Below are positions 1 through 10,795 of a stretch of 64,000 nucleotides of DNA, piece by piece. The stretch's first letter is position 1. Every line of letters starts with the position of its first letter. Made by a program: the position numbers and the translations under genes. Location: assembly GCA_903851135.1 (NCBI GenBank), contig CAINNK010000012.1, forward strand, positions 4,282 through 68,281. The letters are read 5' to 3'. The DNA is from an uncultured bacterium (GTDB taxonomy: Bacteria; Patescibacteriota; Minisyncoccia; Moranbacterales; GWC2-37-73). Under the pieces are notes generated by a model. It did not search any database. It was given only the letters and a program-made list of their open reading frames with translations, and was not told the DNA's origin.

Positions 1-371
1 TCTTCATAGGCATTCAAAATGGCTTTTTCAGTTTCAAGATAGCTGATTTTCGGGCGGTTGCCACGGCCGCCTATTGTCAGCAGCAATGGCAACATCTCAG
101 AAAAATTTCTGAGGGCGGTTTTTTTCAGACTGGCGATGATTTCTGGGCTAATTGCTTGATATTGATTTATTTTTTGATCAGGCAGTTCGGTGACATAACC
201 ATTTTTAATCAAATCGTCCAGGATTAAATAGATGGTTGGTCTTTTGAGACCAGACAGCTTGGCGATTTTACTCACCGTGCCTTGCTCCAACTCCAAAAGC
301 GCCAAATAGACTTTGGCTTCTTTTTGTTGCAAACCGATGGAGCTCAAAAGATTCAGGTAATCATTATCCAT
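1..371 (-). CDS. TrmB-family winged-HTH transcriptional regulator (runs off the window start)
   Basis: Hand translation from ATG at 371: MDNDYLNLLSSIGLQQKEAKVYLALLELEQGTVSKIAKLSGLKRPTIYLILDDLIKNGYV, the same N-terminal pattern as the other four paralogs. Not in the ORF track. Confidence 0.85.
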   Translation of the reverse strand, partial: MDNDYLNLLSSIGLQQKEAKVYLALLELEQGTVSKIAKLSGLKRPTIYLILDDLIKNGYVTELPDQKINQYQAISPEIIASLKKTALRNFSEMLPLLLTIGGRGNRPKISYLETEKAILNAYE

Positions 372-377
372 GCAACT

Positions 378-417
378 AGCCTAACGCAACACTTAAAATT
401 TGTCAATATATCTGACA
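378..417 (-). promoter_or_regulatory. Sigma70-type promoter for a leaderless TrmB mRNA, with palindrome TGTCAATATATCTGACA (401-417)
   Basis: Minus strand reads TTGACA-17 nt-TAGGCT-6 nt-ATG; the palindrome overlaps the -35. Confidence 0.6.
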
Positions 418-562
418 AATAAAAAAGCTTTTTTGCTCAAATAAAGCATTTTATCCAGCACTTTCTTTGACAATTTTCAAGATAGCTGTTTGAATAAGAG
501 GTCTTTTTGAAAAATCAGAAAGCCACAAGTGTTTTTTGACAACCTAAAAACCAACAAGGAGA

Positions 563-1540
563 ATGATTATGAAAAACGGCAGATTAGATGTGAAGGTATC
601 TATGCTGATGGGAGATGCCTATTTTGATAGCAAACTTTGGTGGGAAGAAAGCGTTCCATATTACATTAAGGCTGGAGCTAGCAGAGAAAAGCTCATTGCT
701 TGTGCAGAGAAAGCTTTTGCTAAGGGAAGCATCGAGGTTGCTATTGCGGCCTACAAAGCTGCTCAAGAAAAAATTCCTGAAGATAAATTCTTAGTCTATT
801 ATAAAGAAACCTTAGAAAAGGGTTATTGTAGTTTTGCTGATGAGGCTCTAATGGCAATTGGCAAAAGACTCACTCCAGCGGACTACACCCGTGCCTGTAA
901 AACATTGATGGAAAAAAAAGCCGAAGCCCCCTTTCTCTTGGTTGAAACTTATGAAAAATCTGACAAGAGCATTACTTTGGCTGAACTGTTGGCTTTTGCC
1001 TACAAAAGTCTTCAGGCCAAGGATAGCTGTGCTCGTTGGGTTAAGGATCTTTTTCTTTTTGTTGGCGACGAGAATGGGATAATCGCTTGCGCACAAAAAT
1101 ATGCCAACAATGGAGAACTGTCTGATGCCCTTGAGCTGTATAAAAGAGTAGAAAAAGAAATACCAAAGGCCGAAATCATTGCAGCTGGGAAAGCTTGTTT
1201 AACTAAAAAGGAGTTTGAGAAAATGACAGAAGCTTTTTTGGTTGCTAATGACAAGATTTGGCTCAAAAGGGGTGGAGATGCTTGTCTTAAAGAAGGTTTC
1301 ATTGAGTATGCTGTGAAACTTTTTGATAAAGGCGGCTTCAAAAAGAAACTTTTGGCTTGCGGCAAAATTTATCTTAAGCACTTTCGGTTTGTTGACTATG
1401 CAATTGAGCTTTTTGAAAAAATCGAAATGGTTCCAACAAAAAAGTTCCTTGCAAGGTGTGCGACTGAGATGATTGAAAACAGGTGTGAGGAGCAAGCAAA
1501 AAAGATTTTCACACTCCTGGTGCGAAGTGAAGTTGATTAA
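563..1540 (+). CDS. Alpha-solenoid (TPR-like) repeat protein
   Basis: Recurrent L/I-x-x-C/A-G/A-x-x-x-L-x-x-G...A-x-x-x-F/Y units; SD AAGGAG; divergent from TrmB. Confidence 0.6.
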   Translation: MIMKNGRLDVKVSMLMGDAYFDSKLWWEESVPYYIKAGASREKLIACAEKAFAKGSIEVAIAAYKAAQEKIPEDKFLVYYKETLEKGYCSFADEALMAIGKRLTPADYTRACKTLMEKKAEAPFLLVETYEKSDKSITLAELLAFAYKSLQAKDSCARWVKDLFLFVGDENGIIACAQKYANNGELSDALELYKRVEKEIPKAEIIAAGKACLTKKEFEKMTEAFLVANDKIWLKRGGDACLKEGFIEYAVKLFDKGGFKKKLLACGKIYLKHFRFVDYAIELFEKIEMVPTKKFLARCATEMIENRCEEQAKKIFTLLVRSEVD

Positions 1541-1558
1541 CAGTATTCATTGAAACAT

Positions 1559-1590
1559 AAAGCGAGATGATCTTATCTCGCTTTATTATT
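1559..1590. terminator. Bidirectional intrinsic terminator
   Basis: AAAGCGAGAT-gatctt-ATCTCGCTTT between convergent genes. Confidence 0.65.
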
Positions 1591-1653
1591 TTTTATCATT
1601 AAATAGTTTTATTTTTTCTAAGAAGCTAAAAAGCTAAAGGCTAATAAGCTGTT

Positions 1654-4389
1654 CTATATTTCTCCCCAATTGTCCCCAATTTTGATGTCGGCAACCAGAG
1701 GCACGCGAAGTTGGTAGGCGTTTTCCATGAGCTGCTTGATTTCTTGGGCGATACTTTCAGCTAATTGACTTTTAACTTCAAAAATAATTTCATCATGGAC
1801 TTGCAAAATCATGTGAACATCGGGATTGTTTGCAAATTTGGCTGCAGTGTTGATCATGGCTATTTTCATGATGTCAGCAGTGAGGCCCTGGATAGGCATG
1901 TTGATGGCCATGCGTTCGGCGCCGGCGGCTACTTGAAAATTTGGCGAATTGATTTCAATCAGATTTCGTCTGCGTCCGAGCAGGGTTTCCACATATCCAT
2001 TAGTGCGTGCAAACTCCCGAGTTTCTTTCATATAACTAGCCACTCCGGAAAACTTTTCCATGTAGGCATTGATGAAATTTTGGGCGTCATTGCGAGCGAT
2101 GCCAGCGGATTGCGAAAAGCCGAAAGAACTCATGCCATAGATGATGCCGAAATTGAGAGCCTTGGCAGCCGAACGCATTTTTTCCGTGACTTGCGAGATG
2201 GTGACGTTGTTGATTTGGGCCGCAGTGATTTTGTGAATGTCATCGCCGCGATGAAAAGCTTCAATCAGTTTTTTGTCATTGCTAACGTGAGCCACGCAGC
2301 GCAAATCGATTTGAGAATAATCAGTGCTGATCAGCTTGCAATTTTCACTAGCCACAAAAGCGGTGCGCAAAAGTTGGCCGAGCTCAGTTTTGATGGGAAT
2401 GTTTTGCAGGTTTGGCTCGGTGGAAGAAAGTCGGCCAGTGGCAGTGACGGCTTGATTAAAAGTGGTGTGAATGTGAGAATTTTCATCCAGCAATTTTGGA
2501 ATTGCGTCGAGATAAGTCGTTTTTAATTTGAAAAGTTCGCGATATTGTTCGATTTTTTCAATAATCTCATGTGACGAGCGCAGTTTTTCCAGTTCAGCTG
2601 AAGCGGTCGAAAGTCCTTTTTTGGTTTTTTTGATGTCATTGGTTGGCAAGCCCATCACTGAAAAAAGAATTTCGGAAAGTTGCGAAGGAGAATTGATGTT
2701 AAAATCTCGACCAGCTAATTCGTGAATGGATTTTTCCAAGTGTTTAATGGTTTTGGTGATCTTTTCAGAAATGCCTTGAAAAATGATAGGGTTAAGCTCG
2801 ATGCCAGCAAGTTCCATGTCAGCCAAAATTTTCAGTAGCGGCATTTCCATTTGGGTGAAAATCGTTTCCAATGTTCCGTTAGTCAGGTCTGTTTTTTTCT
2901 GCTGCTCGCTGATTTCCAAAATTCTTTTCTCTAGAGTTGTCTTTAATTTCAAAACGTAGTCAGCTTTTTGGCAGAAAAGCAGTTTGGCATTTTCTTCTTC
3001 TTCGGGATCTGCGACGAGAGAAAGTTGGCCTTTGGATTTTTTTTCAAAAACAATTTCTTCGCCAAGTTCGGAAAAAATTATTTTTTCCAATTCCAATTTT
3101 CGTCCCGGATCCAAAACATAGGCAGCCAGCATGGAGTCCCAGCCCAGGGCTGGTCCGCCTTTGGCCGAGAAATCACCCAAATTTAAATTTATGTCGACAG
3201 CTTTTAGTTGCTTGTAAATCGTCTTTAGGTCATAGCCAACTTTTTGAATAACTGAATTTTCCAAAATATTTTTCAGTTGCGAAAAATATTTTTCTGAAGT
3301 TTCAAAAAAAGCGGCGCGGCCAGTTTTCCAAGATATTGCAATTCCAGAAATTTTTTCCTCATTTGTCTCGATGGCAATTGAAATTTCAGCAGCGCTTTCA
3401 ATTTCTTTCAATACTTCAATTTCATTTTTTTCATCAACAATAAAATATTTGAAATCTTTCACACCATTATTATCCGTATTTTTCTTGTCTATCTCTGTGT
3501 TTTCTCCGTTCGGAAGTCTTTTGATAAGACTGAAAAAATTTAGCTCGCTGAAAAGTTTCACGATGGTTTCGCGATTGAAATCATGAAGCACGGCTTTTTC
3601 CAGCTCAAGTTGCACTGGCGCGTCCAAGGAAATGGTGGCTAGTTCTTTGCTGAGATAAGCTTGAACTTTGTCACGCTCAAGCTTTTCCTTCACCGCACCT
3701 TTAATTTCCTCAATATTTGCATAGACGCCATCCAGCGTGGAATATTTTTGCAGCAGGGTGACAGCGGTTTTTTCACCGATGCCTTTGACGCCAGGAATGT
3801 TGTCTGATGGATCGCCTCGCAGAGCTTTGTAGTCAATGATTTGTGCCGGCGTTAGTCCATAACGCTCAAAAACTTTTTCGCTGTCATACATCACTGAATC
3901 GCTGAGGCCTCGGCGCATGGTATAGACACTAGTGGTGTCATTGACCAACTGTAAGGTGTCCATATCACCAGTGACGATGATGGTTTCAACATCCTCTTTG
4001 TTTTGTTTAATTTGGGTTGCAATTGTGCCAATCACATCGTCAGCCTCAAAGCCAGCTTGCTCATAAATTGGAATATTAAATGCTCTGACAACTTCTTTGA
4101 CGCGCGGAATTTGAGCATAAAGTTCATCGTCGCCTTTAACGCGAGTGGCCTTATATTCCTCGAATTTTTCATGACGAAAAGTCTTGCCTGCTAAATCGAA
4201 AGAAGCCACGACGTAGTCCGGCTGAAATTCGGCAATCACGCTGAGCAGAGTCGAGGCAAAGCCATAAACCGCATTGACCAATTCACCTTTCTTGGTCGTA
4301 AATGGTGGCAGCGCATGGTAGGCCCGATGAATGATGGCGTTGCCATCAATGAGAATGAGTTTTTTTGAATTTTTTGTGTTTTTTTCCAT
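1654..4389 (-). CDS. polA: DNA polymerase I
   Basis: 5'-3' exonuclease motifs (LIDGNAIIHRAYHA, EADDVIGT, GDPSDNIPGV) and polymerase motifs (TGRLSS, DYSQIDLR, AKALNFGIIYG, QVHDE). Start moved to MEKN at 4389. Confidence 0.97.
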   Translation of the reverse strand: MEKNTKNSKKLILIDGNAIIHRAYHALPPFTTKKGELVNAVYGFASTLLSVIAEFQPDYVVASFDLAGKTFRHEKFEEYKATRVKGDDELYAQIPRVKEVVRAFNIPIYEQAGFEADDVIGTIATQIKQNKEDVETIIVTGDMDTLQLVNDTTSVYTMRRGLSDSVMYDSEKVFERYGLTPAQIIDYKALRGDPSDNIPGVKGIGEKTAVTLLQKYSTLDGVYANIEEIKGAVKEKLERDKVQAYLSKELATISLDAPVQLELEKAVLHDFNRETIVKLFSELNFFSLIKRLPNGENTEIDKKNTDNNGVKDFKYFIVDEKNEIEVLKEIESAAEISIAIETNEEKISGIAISWKTGRAAFFETSEKYFSQLKNILENSVIQKVGYDLKTIYKQLKAVDINLNLGDFSAKGGPALGWDSMLAAYVLDPGRKLELEKIIFSELGEEIVFEKKSKGQLSLVADPEEEENAKLLFCQKADYVLKLKTTLEKRILEISEQQKKTDLTNGTLETIFTQMEMPLLKILADMELAGIELNPIIFQGISEKITKTIKHLEKSIHELAGRDFNINSPSQLSEILFSVMGLPTNDIKKTKKGLSTASAELEKLRSSHEIIEKIEQYRELFKLKTTYLDAIPKLLDENSHIHTTFNQAVTATGRLSSTEPNLQNIPIKTELGQLLRTAFVASENCKLISTDYSQIDLRCVAHVSNDKKLIEAFHRGDDIHKITAAQINNVTISQVTEKMRSAAKALNFGIIYGMSSFGFSQSAGIARNDAQNFINAYMEKFSGVASYMKETREFARTNGYVETLLGRRRNLIEINSPNFQVAAGAERMAINMPIQGLTADIMKIAMINTAAKFANNPDVHMILQVHDEIIFEVKSQLAESIAQEIKQLMENAYQLRVPLVADIKIGDNWGEI

Positions 4390-4588
4390 ATAAATATAGT
4401 ATAACGTTTGCTTAGAATAATACAAATTTCTCATCGGATGATTGTGTGCGTATTGTGCTTTTGTTAAAATGTCTTAATTTCGTAGCTATACCGGTGAATT
4501 AAAAGCAATATTAAATAATCATCATGATAATCGTTCTATTTGCTAGAAAATAGTTTAAGGAATAGACTAATGTTGAGCTTTTAAGCAT

Positions 4589-7500
4589 ATGAGACAAAAC
4601 CTATTTTATAAAATTTGTGGATTTTTACAATCCTGGAAGGTTCGGGAACTTTTTGATATGGCAGTGCGATCTGCCTTTTGGACTGCAATCTGGTTTTTTG
4701 TTATTGTTTTCACTTCAGATATTCTTCATACTATAGGATTAGACAAACTTTTTAAATTCTTTCTAATCCATTTTTCAATTTTATTAAAACATATTGGATT
4801 GTCACTTAACTTTCAAGAGGCAACCTTTAAATATTTAAGCGAAATACCTAGTAGATTTTATCTAAAAGAAGGACGCTTTTTGTGGGGCATTGTTATTGCT
4901 TCAACTTTTCTTATTATTTCTTATGATTCATTTCGCATTCCGAGAGTCATTTGGCAATTTCTGTTGAGTATCCTGAAAAATATTGTCGCTGTATATGTTT
5001 TCTCCGCAAGTCTATTGTTTTTTGTCACAACAGTTCAATCTGGAAATCGATACTTCGCTTTTTGGTATGCTTTCGGAGTCTGGATTATCTGGGTTGCACT
5101 GTATTTTATGTTTCAACTAATGCTTGTTCATAATTTTTTCATTCTAATTTGGCAAAAAGTTGAAAGTAAATGGAATAACTTACTTAAAAAATATCCCAAA
5201 ACAAAAGAATGTATTCTTCTTTTTCAAAAATCCCAATCTAAACCAATTTTTCTTAGTGACTGCGCACTTGGTGAGAATGGAAAAAATGCGATTGAAGATG
5301 ATGAACTGGACATAAAAAAAGATGCAAAAAATTTTGCAGAGGTTGTTCTTAATAATGGATCTAAAATTCCTATGGTCTTCGGAATTGATGCGCCGTGGGG
5401 GAGTGGTAAGTCGAGTTATCTTGCATTATGTAAGGAGCAAGTATGGGAAAATGAACCAGATGTCGTCGTTTTCCATTTCAATCCGACGCTCTATGATTTA
5501 AAAAGACAAGATCTTTTTGACGTATTTTCTGGAGAACTCATTGCGACTCTCAGGAAGAAAAGAATTCGAACAGGGTCACTCAAATCCAAACTGAAAAAGC
5601 TGGGGAATATCTTTCATGGCTCAACATATATGTTTGGCGGTTTCGACTTTAAATTTAACGGTTTTCAAAAGGAAACTACAAAGGATATTATTGATGGTTT
5701 AGGACAAGACATTAAACGTTCTGGTAAGCGAATTATTGTGATTATAGATGATCTTGACCGGCTTTATCTCGAAGATGTGAAAGATATGCTCAGCATTGTT
5801 CGGAATGTTTTTAATGTTTCAGGTATGTCATTTGTGTTGTGTTATGATTCCGAGACCGTAAATTCATTTGAGTTTGATCACAAGACAGTTCATCACTATT
5901 CCTATATTAAGGATGACAAAAATAAAAACAGTAAAGAGAATCAGGATAGAGAATCGGGATATTCCCAAGAAAGTCATGAGCCAAACAATCAAGCTATTAA
6001 TGCGTATTTTGAAAAAATGGTTCAGGTGAAGAAGACACTGATGCCTAAAAGAGAAAAACTTCAAAACTATTTTGTTGCAATGCTTAATAGTCTGGTTGAT
6101 AAAGAAACGAGAGAAAATTTTAAAGCTGATATTGATAAATTTATTGAGCAAGCCAAGGATTTTTTCAGTAAAGATCGTTTTCCTCAGTATGAATGCTATT
6201 TGGGCGATATTAGAAAGGTAAAAAGAGTGTTGAATGTTATTAGGGAGCGCGGTATTCTGGATCACGAATTTGAAAAGATTGATCCAAATCCAGAACAAAT
6301 TATCCAATTCATATTATTATACACTTATCATCCATCTGTTTTCAGAGAAGTTTATATAAAAGAGGCTAGTGGCGTTGGTGGAAAATACTTTTCTATTCCT
6401 TATTCATTTACTGATGATTCTGATAAAAATAAAAAGACCTCTAATTATTTTAAGAAATATATTCAAAGACTTGGAAAGAAAAATTCCTTCTTATTGGTTG
6501 AGTTATTTGATGTTGAGAGTGGTGAATTTGAAAAAATCGTTAAGGATCAAAAAGGAGATCGAATTTTTGAGACATCTAGCCCTATATTCAATGGTCCGTA
6601 TCCTTATGAAAAAAATTTGAAAGAGTATTTAGATTTAATTATAGATAAGAAAGAACTTGAAAAATGGACACAACACAAGTATCACTTATCCAACGTTAAG
6701 AAGCTTAAAAGTAAAGAGGTCTCTGAAATCTTGAATGATGAGCAGTATCCACTTCTAACTGGTGAGGGACCTAGAGATGTATTTTTTGCAGCTGCTAGAA
6801 AAGCTGATTTGCTCGACTTTAACATTGCGATGAAATTGACAGAGTATATTTTAGAAAATATAGCTTCATATTCAATGGTGGATGGCTTTCTTGAGGTGTA
6901 TCAAGGAAGACGAAGTAGTCTTGTATATGAAATTATTTTTTTGCTTGATAAGAAGGGTTGGAAGGATGAAAATAATGAAACATATAATAATAGTGATAAA
7001 AATGTTGCGCAAATTGCTGACAGGATTTTTGGAGAGGTTGAATATGAAGGTATCGGCATTTTTGAAAGGCTTATGGATCCCACTCGTGGCGTGCTTGGTT
7101 TGAACGATGCTTCGATATTTCTTCTAAGTTGTAAACGAAAAGGTGGAGGCTGTTTTAATCTTGAGCGAGCTTTGGAACAATATGGCGGGGATGATAAAAC
7201 AGCAGCGATTAGAAAATTGTCACAACGACTTTTTGCCGAATTTAAGTCTCAATATATTGAAACTGAGAAAAATTTTCTTGAAGACATAAAAAATTTAAAC
7301 GAAGCTGAACTGCTCGGAGATTTTATCGAGCCCATAAGAAAAGCCTTTGAAGAAAAAGGGCAAGATATTGATGAAGAATTGAAGCGTATTCGTGTTTCGC
7401 TTGCTGGCCATCTTATATGGCAATTGGCGAGCATAGACCAAGAAGCTGCTGGTAACATTAAGGTGGAAGAAGCGGCTAATGCATTAACTATATCGGATGA

Positions 7501-7861
7501 AACGAGGAAGTATCTTTTTAAGACCTGTTTCGCTGTTGATTCTGAAAGTGGTGATGACATTGGAAATGCCAAAAGGTTCGTTGATTATCTTCTTGCAGGG
7601 TTTGAGCATAGTTTTGAAAACAGAAAGAGGGATAACTACTGGTCTCCTGTGTGGAAAAAATACGTTTCTATTCTTGGGGAAGATAAGCTCTCTGAATATT
7701 GGAAAAGTTATGGTGAGAAAGTTAAGGAATATTGTCAAAACCTGCCAAACGATAATAAGGTTTATACATACAATTACGTCGCCATTTACCGAGAAGATCT
7801 TGAACAGCTATTTACTGAGTTGGACAAAAATCTCCCAATTATAGTCAATCAGAAACCGTAA
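4589..7861 (+). CDS. KAP-family P-loop NTPase with N-terminal membrane helices
   Basis: Walker A GIDAPWGSGKS, FNP motif, Walker B IIDDLDR, YFEKMVQ; about 4 hydrophobic N-terminal segments. Confidence 0.85.
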   Translation: MRQNLFYKICGFLQSWKVRELFDMAVRSAFWTAIWFFVIVFTSDILHTIGLDKLFKFFLIHFSILLKHIGLSLNFQEATFKYLSEIPSRFYLKEGRFLWGIVIASTFLIISYDSFRIPRVIWQFLLSILKNIVAVYVFSASLLFFVTTVQSGNRYFAFWYAFGVWIIWVALYFMFQLMLVHNFFILIWQKVESKWNNLLKKYPKTKECILLFQKSQSKPIFLSDCALGENGKNAIEDDELDIKKDAKNFAEVVLNNGSKIPMVFGIDAPWGSGKSSYLALCKEQVWENEPDVVVFHFNPTLYDLKRQDLFDVFSGELIATLRKKRIRTGSLKSKLKKLGNIFHGSTYMFGGFDFKFNGFQKETTKDIIDGLGQDIKRSGKRIIVIIDDLDRLYLEDVKDMLSIVRNVFNVSGMSFVLCYDSETVNSFEFDHKTVHHYSYIKDDKNKNSKENQDRESGYSQESHEPNNQAINAYFEKMVQVKKTLMPKREKLQNYFVAMLNSLVDKETRENFKADIDKFIEQAKDFFSKDRFPQYECYLGDIRKVKRVLNVIRERGILDHEFEKIDPNPEQIIQFILLYTYHPSVFREVYIKEASGVGGKYFSIPYSFTDDSDKNKKTSNYFKKYIQRLGKKNSFLLVELFDVESGEFEKIVKDQKGDRIFETSSPIFNGPYPYEKNLKEYLDLIIDKKELEKWTQHKYHLSNVKKLKSKEVSEILNDEQYPLLTGEGPRDVFFAAARKADLLDFNIAMKLTEYILENIASYSMVDGFLEVYQGRRSSLVYEIIFLLDKKGWKDENNETYNNSDKNVAQIADRIFGEVEYEGIGIFERLMDPTRGVLGLNDASIFLLSCKRKGGGCFNLERALEQYGGDDKTAAIRKLSQRLFAEFKSQYIETEKNFLEDIKNLNEAELLGDFIEPIRKAFEEKGQDIDEELKRIRVSLAGHLIWQLASIDQEAAGNIKVEEAANALTISDETRKYLFKTCFAVDSESGDDIGNAKRFVDYLLAGFEHSFENRKRDNYWSPVWKKYVSILGEDKLSEYWKSYGEKVKEYCQNLPNDNKVYTYNYVAIYREDLEQLFTELDKNLPIIVNQKP

Positions 7862-8069
7862 AAGTGGTTTAGGGAGATTTGCCTTGGTCGCAGTCTCCCT
7901 TTTTTCATACTCAAAATCCGATATGTCGATTTTGGTATACTATATAGGAATTAGCATATGGGGTTAAAATGAGGTGGTTAATATTGATGGGTGGATATTA
8001 ACCCACGTAAGAATCTTCATAATATAACCCCGACATTGACAGGTTTTCTTAAGGTGGTATAGTGTGAAT

Positions 8070-9041
8070 ATGAACATAAACCACCTTAAGCAATTTATGC
8101 TAAATTTCGACAAAAAACTTCAAAAAAGAATTGATGACAAGTTGCTTTTGCTTAATTCATTTCGACCACTCCCAGTTTCTGCGGTGAAAAAACTCAGAGA
8201 GCAATTTGAAGTTGAGATGACCTATAACTCCAACGCTATTGAAGGAAACAGTCTGACCCTCAAGGAAACTTATTTGGTTATTAATGAAGGAATCACCATT
8301 AAAGGCAAGCCGCTCAAGGATCACCTGGAAGCCAAAAATCACAAAGAAGCCCTGGATTATTTGTACTCTTTGGTTGAGGCTGACAAAAAAAACACTGTTT
8401 CAGAAAGGTTCATTCGCTCACTAAATCAAATTGTGATGCAAGATATGGACAAGCTTTGGGCTGGACAATATCGAAATAGTGGCGTGATTATTGGTGGGGC
8501 AGATCACCAACCGCCAGAGGCACTTGAGATTCCCAGGTTGATGAGAAATTTGATTGCTTGGCTGGGCGAAAATCAGAAAAAAATGCACCCGATTGAATTG
8601 GCCAGCATTTTGCATCACAAACTAGTTTTTATTCATCCATTTTTTGATGGCAATGGCCGAACCTCACGCTTGGTGATGAATATTATTTTGATGCAAGCAG
8701 GCTTTCCCTTGGTTATTGTCCTTAAAAATGATCGCAAGCGATATTATCAAGCCCTAGCGCTTGCTGACAAGGGAGAATATGACAGCTTTGTGAATTTTAT
8801 TGCGCGGGCAGTGGAAAGGACTTTGAATATTTATTTAAAAGTTCTAAGTCCAAGCAAAAAAGGCAATGAAAAATATCTTTCGTTGGCTGAGTTGGCCAGA
8901 GATTCCAAGTTTACAGAAAAATATTTGAATAAATTAGCACGAAGTGGAAAAATGGAAGCTCACAAAGAAGGACGTAATTGGCTTTCTTCAAAAAGTGCGC
9001 TCAAGCAATACTTGGAAAGTCGTGAGAGGGTGAGAAAGTAA
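8070..9041 (+). CDS. Fic-family protein with C-terminal HTH
   Basis: TYNSNAIEGN inhibitory motif and HPFFDGNGRTSR Fic motif; C-terminal YLSLAELA...YLNKLARSGK...GRNW. Promoter TTGACA(8036)...TATAGT(8058) lies just before the ATG. Confidence 0.92.
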   Translation: MNINHLKQFMLNFDKKLQKRIDDKLLLLNSFRPLPVSAVKKLREQFEVEMTYNSNAIEGNSLTLKETYLVINEGITIKGKPLKDHLEAKNHKEALDYLYSLVEADKKNTVSERFIRSLNQIVMQDMDKLWAGQYRNSGVIIGGADHQPPEALEIPRLMRNLIAWLGENQKKMHPIELASILHHKLVFIHPFFDGNGRTSRLVMNIILMQAGFPLVIVLKNDRKRYYQALALADKGEYDSFVNFIARAVERTLNIYLKVLSPSKKGNEKYLSLAELARDSKFTEKYLNKLARSGKMEAHKEGRNWLSSKSALKQYLESRERVRK

Positions 9042-9065
9042 AAATTTTAAGCTAAAAAACTTTTT

Positions 9066-10073
9066 ATGCATTCAAAAAATTCACATGGGTCTTTGCCGGT
9101 GCTGGCGGCGCTGGCGGGAAATGTTTTGATTATGATTCTCAAATGGATTGGATTTTTTGTGACGGGCTCGGGCGCCCTTTTTTCGGAGGCGGTGCATAGT
9201 GTGGCGGATGTTTTCAACCAAATGCTTTTAATGGTGGGCATTAAAAAATCTCAACGGGTGGCCGATGAAGACTTTCATTATGGTTATAGCAATGAGCGAT
9301 TTTTCTGGGCGTTGATTAGCGCGTGCAGTATTTTCTTTTTGGGCGCTGGCGTCACCGTTTATCATGGAGTGATTGGAATTTTACATAAAGAAGTTTCGCA
9401 CATCAGCTCGATTGCCTTTGTGATTTTGGCGATTTCTTTTGTGGTTGAATCGGGGACATTTTTGTTGGCTTTGAGGGAATTGCGAGCACACAACAAAAAG
9501 AGAGATTGGCGCGAGACTTTGGAATATGGCGATCCGACCACGATTGCAGTTTTGTTGGAAGACAGTGTGGCAGTTTTTGGAGTTAGTATTGCCTTTGTCA
9601 GCATCCTACTTTCAAAATTGACAGGAAATTATCTTTGGGATTCAGTTGGCTCAATTGTGATTGGAGTGTTGCTTGGCGTGATGGCAATTGTTTTGATCAA
9701 TATCAATCGCGGTTTTTTGATGCGCAAATCAATTCCAGAGGAGACTGAAGAAAGAGTAATTGAAATTTTGGAAAGCGATCCGGCAATTGAGAAAGTTTTG
9801 GATTTCAAATCAGTGGTGATTGACATTGGAAAATATCACGTCAAATGCGAAGTGGAAATCAACGGCAGCGCTTTGATGCGAGGGATGTATCGGGGAATGG
9901 CGCTGAAAAATGAATTCAAAGAAATTGATGGTGACTATGGAGAATTTTTGCGTTTTTGCGTGGACTATGCGGATCGCGTGCCACGCATGATTGGAAACAG
10001 GATTGATGAGGTTGAAAAGAAAATCAAAGACGAAATTCCAGAAGTCAGACACATTGATATCGAGGTAAACTAA
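9066..10073 (+). CDS. Cation diffusion facilitator (CDF) transporter
   Basis: SEAVHSVAD, HYGY...ERF and LLEDSVA motifs; 6 TM segments. Confidence 0.9.
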   Translation: MHSKNSHGSLPVLAALAGNVLIMILKWIGFFVTGSGALFSEAVHSVADVFNQMLLMVGIKKSQRVADEDFHYGYSNERFFWALISACSIFFLGAGVTVYHGVIGILHKEVSHISSIAFVILAISFVVESGTFLLALRELRAHNKKRDWRETLEYGDPTTIAVLLEDSVAVFGVSIAFVSILLSKLTGNYLWDSVGSIVIGVLLGVMAIVLININRGFLMRKSIPEETEERVIEILESDPAIEKVLDFKSVVIDIGKYHVKCEVEINGSALMRGMYRGMALKNEFKEIDGDYGEFLRFCVDYADRVPRMIGNRIDEVEKKIKDEIPEVRHIDIEVN

Positions 10074-10078
10074 CCTAG

Positions 10079-10294
10079 TTAACTTTTCTTTTAGAAGAAA
10101 AGTTACAAAAGTCATCCAGAGGATGATCACCCTTTGGGTGAAAATCTCCCCGACACGTGCTCGTTGCTGGGGCAAAAACTTCACTCTTCGCTAAAATTCC
10201 CGCTGCACTTTTTCTGCTGAAAAAGCTCGCTGAAAATTTCTTAACGCTTATCACTCGTTTTTTGCCTACGCACTTCGCAATGTGCGGATGGGAA
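10079..10294. repeat. Long bulged-hairpin intergenic element
   Basis: Three short hairpins, then nested stems GGCAAAAAC/GTTTTTTGCC and CTTTTTC/GAAAAAG with TCGC/CGCT/CACTC bulges. Confidence 0.55.
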
Positions 10295-10336
10295 TACTAA
10301 ATACTAACTATTAAAAAAGAGCTTTGTGGCTCTTTT

Positions 10337-10795
10337 TTATTTTGCATCAAAAGTTATTGCTCTCTCTTTTTCATTGATCCATTTAAAGGTTATCCAGACT
10401 GCGTTGGTGGGAATTATTTTTTTGACTTTTTCTGGCCACTCAATGATGACGACAGCGTTTTTTTGGCCAGCAAAATCTGCAAAACCCAGCTCAAGCAAAT
10501 CTTTTGAAGTGATGCGATAAGCATCGATGTGATAAATATCATGGAACGTGGAACGTGGAGCGCGAAGCATGCGTTTCACGTTTTGCGTTTTTTGATGGTA
10601 TTCTTTTAGAATTGCAAAGGTTGGACTAGTGTAGGGTCCTTTTATTTTCAAACCCTTGAGTAGTCCTTGAGTGAAGGTTGTCTTTCCAGCCCCAAGGTCG
10701 CCAGAAAGACAGATGATTTCGCCACCAGAAAGTTCCTGAGCCAAAAGTTGGCCGAGTTTTTTGGTTTGCAAAGATGAAGTGGAAATTATTTTCAT
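10337..10795 (-). CDS. tsaE: tRNA t6A biosynthesis ATPase TsaE, with in-frame heptamer-repeat insertion
   Basis: LSGDLGAGKTTF, SPTF, YHIDAYR and IIEWPE motifs; start at MKII. Confidence 0.95.
   Translation of the reverse strand: MKIISTSSLQTKKLGQLLAQELSGGEIICLSGDLGAGKTTFTQGLLKGLKIKGPYTSPTFAILKEYHQKTQNVKRMLRAPRSTFHDIYHIDAYRITSKDLLELGFADFAGQKNAVVIIEWPEKVKKIIPTNAVWITFKWINEKERAITFDAK

Noticed and set aside
1765-2526. 253-aa ORF on the + strand
   Set aside because: Antisense shadow of polA; the same applies to the many short ORFs opposite pilB, ruvB, pyk and others.
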